A DNA stretch of 64,000 bases, from positions 620,001-684,000 of the forward strand of contig OZ361261.1 of assembly GCA_977018835.1 (NCBI GenBank), given 5' to 3'. The position numbers and the translations under genes are program-made. Under the pieces are notes generated by a model. The model was not told where the DNA came from and made no database searches. It saw nothing but the letters and a program-made list of their open reading frames with translations. This document shows positions 56,604 through 64,000 of the stretch, one piece after another. Numbering within the stretch: the stretch's first letter is position 1; each line of letters opens with the position of its first letter. The DNA is from Minutocellus sp. GHC0000111. Lineage: Eukaryota.

Positions 56604-59202
56604 TCAAACCAATGGTGTAATCCTCCTCTTTTCTCTGAGCTTTCTGGCGCCAGTGTTCTTCTTGTTCCTATTGCGTTTGTTCCGTGCCTCTCGATTCTTA
56701 TTCCGCTTTCGTTGCATTTTGCAGCACAGCTTTCTCTTGCCTTGGCTGTTTCGGATCTTCTTGCAGGAATGCCTGGAGCAACATTCGTCGGACGCCTTGC
56801 ACCGCTCGCCATTGACGGAGCAGGTGTTTCTCTGCGGTCCCTCGATGCTGAAATCCTCAGAGGCGACGTCGTTCACCTCAGCACCTCCCTGCCCTTGAAT
56901 GGTGACCTTGAACGAAACAGTGTGGCCAGAGTAGCCAATATCGAAGATGCGGATGCCAGAGTCCTCCATTTCTCCGCCCTGGTACCATTTGAGATTGGTG
57001 TCGGAAGATACAAGCTGGCCACCCTTGAAAAATACCGCTGTCCGAGATTTCGTCGGCGGGCCCATCCTTGTGAAAGACGTCGTTGCCGTCGCCACGCGAT
57101 GCAGCGGTCTCCAGCTGGAAGCCACCGTCTGCCTGGACAACGGCGACACGGTAGTGATCACCTGATTCTGGCCAGCCGATAAGGCCTGGGTGGCCCTGTT
57201 CGTTAAAGTCGGCCTCATCGTCGCAGTGCCAGATGAGCAGGCCTTCATCTGGGATGTGCACATCAAACATTGTGGCTGTTCGGACGCGATTTTCAATGAT
57301 AAAATACTCGGTGTTGCGATCGGGGTGAACAATCACGAAGGGGTTGGTAGCACCCTGCCAAGAAGCGACTGCATCGTATTGGCCCGAGTGGGTCAGGACC
57401 TGGGGATCAATCCAACCCAACGCCATCTTTGTCCAGGGTGTCATCATTGGCGGGTAGAACTACGGATGGAGGTAAAAAATGATGAAGGAATCGAGACAAG
57501 GATGGGGATGTGAGAATGGTCGCAAGAAAATGCAGAGAAAAATATACGAACGGGTGCGCCGTCGTTCTCACCTGATCTCCGTTGAAACCCCATGAGTTCC
57601 CCATCATTCCCCAGCTACCGACACCTGGGTGGTGCGTTGGTGCGATTTGTTGGTGAAGAAAATTATAGCGTAAGTTGGAGGGAAAGAAGACATGATAATT
57701 GTGATACCAAGTGTATCCTCGCACATGCCAAACAGTTATAAACGTACCATTGCCGCCGGTTCCGTCGTAGATGTCGGGAGCTCCGAGGAAGTGACCGGTC
57801 TCGTGGCAGATGACGCCGATGCGGCCAATGTTGGAGCCGCACGAGCCCCAGAGGGCGGGACTGATGTGATACTTCCAGACGAGAGTACCAGTGCCCGGTG
57901 CGGTCCAGTCCTGGTCCAGGTTCCACTTGTGACTCCAGATCCGACCCTCGGGGGCCAGGCCGGAGTAGCAATCGGGCTCAGCAGCCTCGGCACCAAAGCC
58001 AGAGTGGATGATGGCGATGGCATCGATCTCGCCGTCGTTGTCGGCATCAAACTCAGACCAGTTGATGGTGTGGGCGACCTGGTCGAGGGCGGCACGGATG
58101 GCCATGCCAACCTTTCCGGTCATGCCGTAGTAGTTGTCTCCGATCTCAGCCTCGGTGTAGGGGACGTCGATCCAGTCGGTGACGGTGGAGACCATGTCGA
58201 AGGAGTTGTACGAGTTGAAGAGGAAGCAGTCACGAACCGAGCCAGTCGGAGCCAGCTCATCGTCGCCACCTTCCTTGTTGAAGAGGCTGTCATAAAGAAT
58301 AGAACAGGACGAATGTATGAGTTAGAACGCAGGAAGGGAGAACGAATCCATTTCGTGCCGGGGCGGGGGCATAATATTATGAGTTCGGAACTCTGCTGAA
58401 CAACATAAATATTGACCGATCTAACTCACATTTCCATGTCGGCCTTGGAGGGAAGCACCCGATTCTCCTGACCCTTCCATCGGATCATCAGAACGAGATT
58501 CTTCATGGTCATGTCGGTGTACTGGCTCGACGTCGACGTGAAGAGGTTGCGGCTGTTGGCGGGGCTCGACCCGTCCTCGGCGAGGTTGGTCGGGACGTTG
58601 ATGCCGCCACCGCCACCCCGGAGCCTGCGGCTGGGATCGTCGCCACCATCGCCCCCCGCCGCCTGCTGCTTGTTCTTCTTGGCGAGCTTCTTCCGGTCCT
58701 TCATCCGCCGAATGGCCTTGTTGATGTGCAGCCGACGGTCGCGGCGGGCGGCCGGGCCGGCCTTGAAGAGGATCTGCTCCTCGTCGTCGACGGTGTGGGG
58801 GAGGATGCCGTACGCGTCGGGGTTGCAGCTCCCGACGATGCAGTCGGTCTCGTACAGGGCGCCGGTCTCGTCGTCGATGTCGAGGTAGTGCGGCTCACCG
58901 TCGATCTTGGAGATCTGGACGGTGTGGCCCGACAGCGTCTCGTACCAGCTGTATTCGGAATTGCCCTTCATTACCACCTCGAGGAAGCGCTTCTGCTGGC
59001 GCTGCTTGACGAGGGAGCCGCCGTTCTGCAGCGCCCTGCCCCGCTCGGCCTCGGCGTCGCCGGTGATCTCCCACCGGAAGGCGTTGGGGTTGGGCGGAGC
59101 ATCGGATAGGGCTGGACTGGGCAGCGACGAAAGGGCCAAGGCAGCCAGGACCGCAGTCGCGGTGGTGACGGCCGCAGAGGTACGACGTCTTGATGCAGAC
59201 AT
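56604..59202 (-). CDS. M6 metalloprotease with the same late frameshift, copy 2
   Basis: Same exons and A5 run as copy 1. Confidence 0.88.
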
Positions 59203-59842
59203 TTGCCGTTCGTTCTTTTCTTTGATGCGATGGCGGGGTTGTGCTCTTCTGTTCTGCGCGTATCTTTTGTGACTCTAAATGCGCTTCGAAATACAAATCA
59301 ATGGCTAGGCTATCAATCAACGCGGATAGCAGTACAGTATTCTCTTTGTGTCAATGAGCTTGAGCTTGAGGAGAACGGGATGAGCCTCAGGGTGGGACGG
59401 CACTGACAATTATTGGTTCCTTCTCATGATTCTTGGTCTTGAAATGCATGCGGTCATTTTCAGGTCAGGCTTTTTGATGCTGGGATCGACGCAGAAAGAA
59501 ACGAAAAGGTGCGTCATGTCCGAAAGTCAAATTTCGCCGATGAATTTTTTTACTCAAAAACTCGTTTTTTCTGCTCTGCTGTGGCAGAGCCGTTTTTTTT
59601 GGTGAGGCAGGAGTTGAGGAGAATGAATGAACCAACATAATCGTAAGGTACATCCATCTGTTGCTGCTGCTGCGTTGGCACTAGCTAGGCCTATAATTGT
59701 ATAGTCAGGTTGTACCGCCCTGGCTGAAGTGCCCGTGTATGCCTCGCATAGTGCCGCTGTGACAGTGATTTCCCAATTTCAACACAGCGACCCTTGGTTG
59801 CATCACCGCGCAGCTCGCCATAAATAACATTGCGACGACGAG

Positions 59843-62800
59843 ATGGACGTCAACGACGAAGTGCGGGTGTGGGTCAAGACCAGCGTCCTCGACGTCCTGG
59901 TCTTTGGCAAGGCCCACACCTCCACCAAGCGCCAGTCCATCTCGCAATCCGCCGCGGGAGATGCCGATCCGCACGCCGTCAATTGGGGCTGGGCCCGAGG
60001 CCGAGTTCTGCCGCCCGATGGCGATGGCGATGGCAATGGTGGTGAGGGGTGCTCATCGGCCCAGCATGCCTTTGCGGTTGCCTCCAAACCCGCCGCGGCC
60101 GGCAATGGAGAGGACAGAGAGGATAGCGCTGCAAATGACGCAAAGATACAGGTGTACGTTGAAGATGAGGAGAGCGAGCACAATCGCACGGCAATACCGG
60201 TCCCCGCCTCCTACGTTCGGGATGGGTCCGTGGTAATGGCCAACATTTATGAGGGGGAAGGTGATGATGATTATGGTGGCTTTTCCGCGTCGTGTCCGTA
60301 TCCGGACGATCTGATCAGTCTGACGCATCTTCATGAGCCGGCCGTGGTGTACTGCCTCCGTCAGCGGTACGGGTACGACAAAATCTATACCGCCACTGGA
60401 CCGATATTGCTCGCGCTCAATCCCTTCAAGAATTTGAAGAGTCTGTACTCGGAGAAGATTATGCAGCAATACTACAACCGCGGGGAGAGGGGGATGCTCA
60501 TGTCGGGTAGTTCTAGTGCGTCCGCTGCAACTTCTGGGGGAAGTGATGAAGAGAAGAAGGATGATGCCGTAGATGATGCTGAACATGGAAATGCGGCGGG
60601 CATTGCCGGCGATGAACAACAACTCCCCCCACATGTGTATGCGATTGCCGATCATTCCTTTCGAAGTATGATGACCAACTTGGAAGAGCGTGGCCTCGCT
60701 GGAAGTGGTGGTGGAAGTGGTAGCAGTAGAAGGAGGAGGGCTCCACCATCGTCCGGAGGTGCTGGTGGGAAGGATGGCGCTGGTGCCAAGGGATCGGACC
60801 AGGCAATTTTGGTGAGCGGTGAGAGTGGTGCCTTTAAGACTGTGACGACGAAGTTCATAATGAATTACTTGGCAATGTTATCCAAAAGATCGGTATCATC
60901 TTCTGTCTTGACCAAGACGGAGTCGGGAAGGAACGTCACCGAGGAAGTACGGAAGGTGGACATTGAGCAGCAGGTGCTGCAATCCAACCCGATTTTGGAG
61001 TCTTTTGGCAATGCCCGCACAGTGCGCAACGACAACTCGTCGAGATTTGGCAAGTATATTGAAATTCAATTTTCTAGCAACGGCACACTGCTTGGTGCTT
61101 CGATCAAAACATATCTGTTGGAGAAGGTTCGCATTATCACCCAAGCCGAAGGAGAGCGCAATTATGTAAGTTTTCCCGGTCGTGGCGGATAGACGTGATT
61201 GCTTGTTGTGCCGATGCGATGAGTACTCATATTTTCCCCTTGCATACATTCCTCTATCAATTGGTACCTCACATGAATCCCTACTTTCCTACGTTCGATC
61301 GGACCGACTTTTCCACTAAATCACAATTGATTACGAAACTGGCAGCACATATTTTACGAAATCTTGCAAGGGGGGATGACAGATGATGATCTCGAAAAGT
61401 ACTCGCTATCGGATTACACTGCAGAGGATTTTCGCATTACATCGTGCTCTGGAACTTACGATCGAAGAGATGGAGTTGAGGATTCCGAGACATATCAGGA
61501 TCTAACCGATGCAATGGATACGATGGGATTTGCCGAAACTGATCAAACAGATATCTTGGCGGTAACTTGTGCATTGTTGCACGCATCGAATCTTACAATG
61601 AATGCGCTGAGTGCTGACGAATGCGAAATCGATAAGGAGAATGTTCATTTGGATGAATTTTTGTCCCTCATGGGTTTTACGTCTGAGGCTCTCAACCAGG
61701 CTCTTTGCTACTTTTCAATCAAGGCTGGCAAGGAATCGCACACTCGCAGTCTGCCAAAATTAAAGGCTGAGAAGGGTCTGGAGGCATTCGTAAAGGCAGT
61801 TTATGGGGCTTTGTTTGATCATATCGTGCGACGAATTAATTCATCAATTACCGAGAAATCTGATGGGAAGAAAAGAGGCGGGTCTCAAGCGGACAAGCTC
61901 ATTGCGGCAACAATTGGTGTGCTGGATATCTTTGGTTTCGAGTCTTTCAAAACGAATTCCTTTGAGCAATTGTGCATCAACTACTGCAATGAGGCTCTGC
62001 AGCAGCAATTCAACCTCTTTGTGCTGAAGAACGAGCAGGAGGAATACGAAAGGGAGGGCATTGCCTGGTCATTCATTGAGTTTCCCGAAAATCAGGATGT
62101 CCTCGATCTGATTGGGAAGAAGGGTAGTGGAGTAAGTCAGTCGGCAAAGATATGCAGCTCTTGTCAATGTATGGCAGTTAGGGTTGTTACGATTACTCAC
62201 AATCATTGGGACGGCCGACGCATTTTGATAATTGTGTGAGATGTGCACTCTTCCACCTCGCTTGCGCTTTTCCCTCACGAAATCCATTGTATTCTTCTCC
62301 TTTATTCTAATCTCTTCATCAACCTCCAAACAGATCATTCCTATCCTCGATGATCAGTGCCGGGCCCCTGGAACAACCGACAAGACATTTGCCAATGACA
62401 TATACAACAAGTGCAAAGGCAATTCTCGTTTTGAGGCCAACTTTCGACAGGTCGGAGCCCTGCGGTTCGGAATCCAGCATTATGCAGGACCAGTCGAGTA
62501 TGATACCGCCGGCTTCGTCGAAAAGAATCGGGATGATCTCCCAAAGGAGGCCACGGAGCTGTTGCTCTCTTCGTCCAACAAATTCGTCACGACCCTCGCT
62601 GATATACTGAGCAGCAGCAGCGCCGGGGCAAAGCCCGGAAAAAAGATTACTGTCGGGGGCCAATTTTCTCAGCAACTATCGGATCTACGAGCCAAGATTG
62701 ATCTAACTTCGCCGCATTATGTGCGTTGTCTGAAACCAAATGACCGACTAATTCCCGACCATTTTGATCCCGTTATTGTAGCAGATCAGCTACGATGTGC

Positions 62801-64000
62801 TGGTGTTGTCGAGGCTGTCCGCGTATCTCGTGTTGGCTACCCACAGCGTTATTCCCACGCCCTCTTTGTTAACCGATACAGAATTCTTGGACTTCAGGCG
62901 TTGAAGAATGCCTCGAAGGGAACTGTGAGAAAGAAGCCGGTGGAGGTCCTCGTTTGAGCCATATCCAAGCGAATGTCTGAAATGCAGAGAAAGGAAGGAA
63001 TTGACAGCGAAAAGCTCGATGATGCAAATGCTGAAACTTCAAATGATGGCATTCAGGTTGGAAAGACCAAGGTGTTCCTACGTCGAAGTGCATATGATGC
63101 CATCGAAAAGCTCCGAAATAATGAGATTAAGTTGTCTGCCATTGTTATCCAAACGTCGGCGAGGCGGTACCTGGCATCCCGCCATTTAAAGGAAGCCTTG
63201 GCTCTCACTGTAAAACTTCAGTGTATAGTGAGAAGGATGATTGCTACGAAGAAGGTCAACGAAGTTCGCCGACAGCACAATGCACGTGTGATCCAGAAAT
63301 ACTACCGCAGAATGGTGGCACGCGATAAATTCGTCAAGACCGTTGCGATCGTAAGCTGGGGACAGCGATACTGGCGCGGTCGAGTTGGCCGGGTGCGGTA
63401 TAACGAATTGAACAGTGAACGCAAGGCCATTGTAATTCAGAAGCGAGTGCGTGGATACCAATCTGCCAAAGCCTACTCAATGAAGAAAACCTCGGCCATA
63501 ACCATCCAGTGCGCCCTTCGTTGTTATCGAGCAAAGAGCGAGCTGAAGTCTTTACAAGCCCATGCGAAAGACTTGTCCGCTGTTGCCGACGAGAGAGACG
63601 TCCTTCGCAACGAGACTTTATCTCTCCGGCAAGCACTGGAGGAGGCCAAGGAAAATGCTCGGAGAGAAGCAGAGAAGGCCGCCGCAGCCGTTGCTGCATC
63701 TGCTCAAGCGCAAAAGGCTGCTGACTCCAAGCTTGAGGCCGAGGTCGAGCAACTTCGAAAACAAACGACCGAATTACGGGCTGAACTTGACAAGGCCCAG
63801 GCAGAAACTGAGACAATATCATCGCAGCTGGCAGACGAAAGAGAGTCAACAAAAGCTTCGATGGAGGAGATAAATGCCCGTCTTGTCGAGGCTGATCATG
63901 CTCGCGCAAAAGCCGAGGCTGATTCCTCTACTGCTAGAACATCGCTTGATGAGGCTCTCGAACGAGCAAAAGCTGCCGACGAGAGCAAACATGACGCTGT
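59843..64000 (+). pseudogene. Myosin heavy chain, copy 2 (partial at window end), same lesions
   Basis: TTT at 60833-60835 in the P-loop; TGA at 62955-62957. Confidence 0.9.

Larger units (their letters stand above)
41455..64000 (+). repeat. Tandem segmental duplication, copy 2 (runs off the window; 64000 corresponds to about 39754)
   Basis: Near-identical to copy 1; differences noticed are G19549/A43791, G23617/A47859, T26419/C50661 and the polypyrimidine indel. Confidence 0.98.

Overview
Gene-dense eukaryotic nuclear DNA, most likely a diatom (inference): short GT-AG introns, signal-peptide-plus-Phe plastid presequences, and a myosin/P2X/fibrillin/SmB gene mix. I saw no rRNA, tRNA, CRISPR array or recognisable transposon. 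Positions 1-17212 are single-copy and hold an ATPase/TPR-like protein, a RING-H2 ligase, a NodU/CmcH carbamoyltransferase, an Ldh_2 dehydrogenase, an MMACHC/CblC-like protein, a Cys-rich surface protein, class I fumarase and a few small genes. The dominant structure is a near-identical head-to-tail duplication: 17213-41454 (24,242 bp) is repeated from 41455 past the window end. The junction joins the myosin tail to the antisense strand of an FHA-PP2C gene. Many genes look disabled, and within the repeat both copies share the same lesions: an NDH-2 internal deletion at a CCAACA microhomology, an MFS transporter truncated at both ends, a Tim44-like gene lacking its start, frameshifts in the sulfotransferase and M6 protease, and a myosin with a P-loop Gly-to-Phe change plus an in-frame TGA. 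The carbamoyltransferase upstream also appears deletion-fused to a neighbour. The best reading is a decaying gene block that was duplicated again recently; assembly or consensus artefact is not excluded. All family calls are by eye from motifs, with no database searches.
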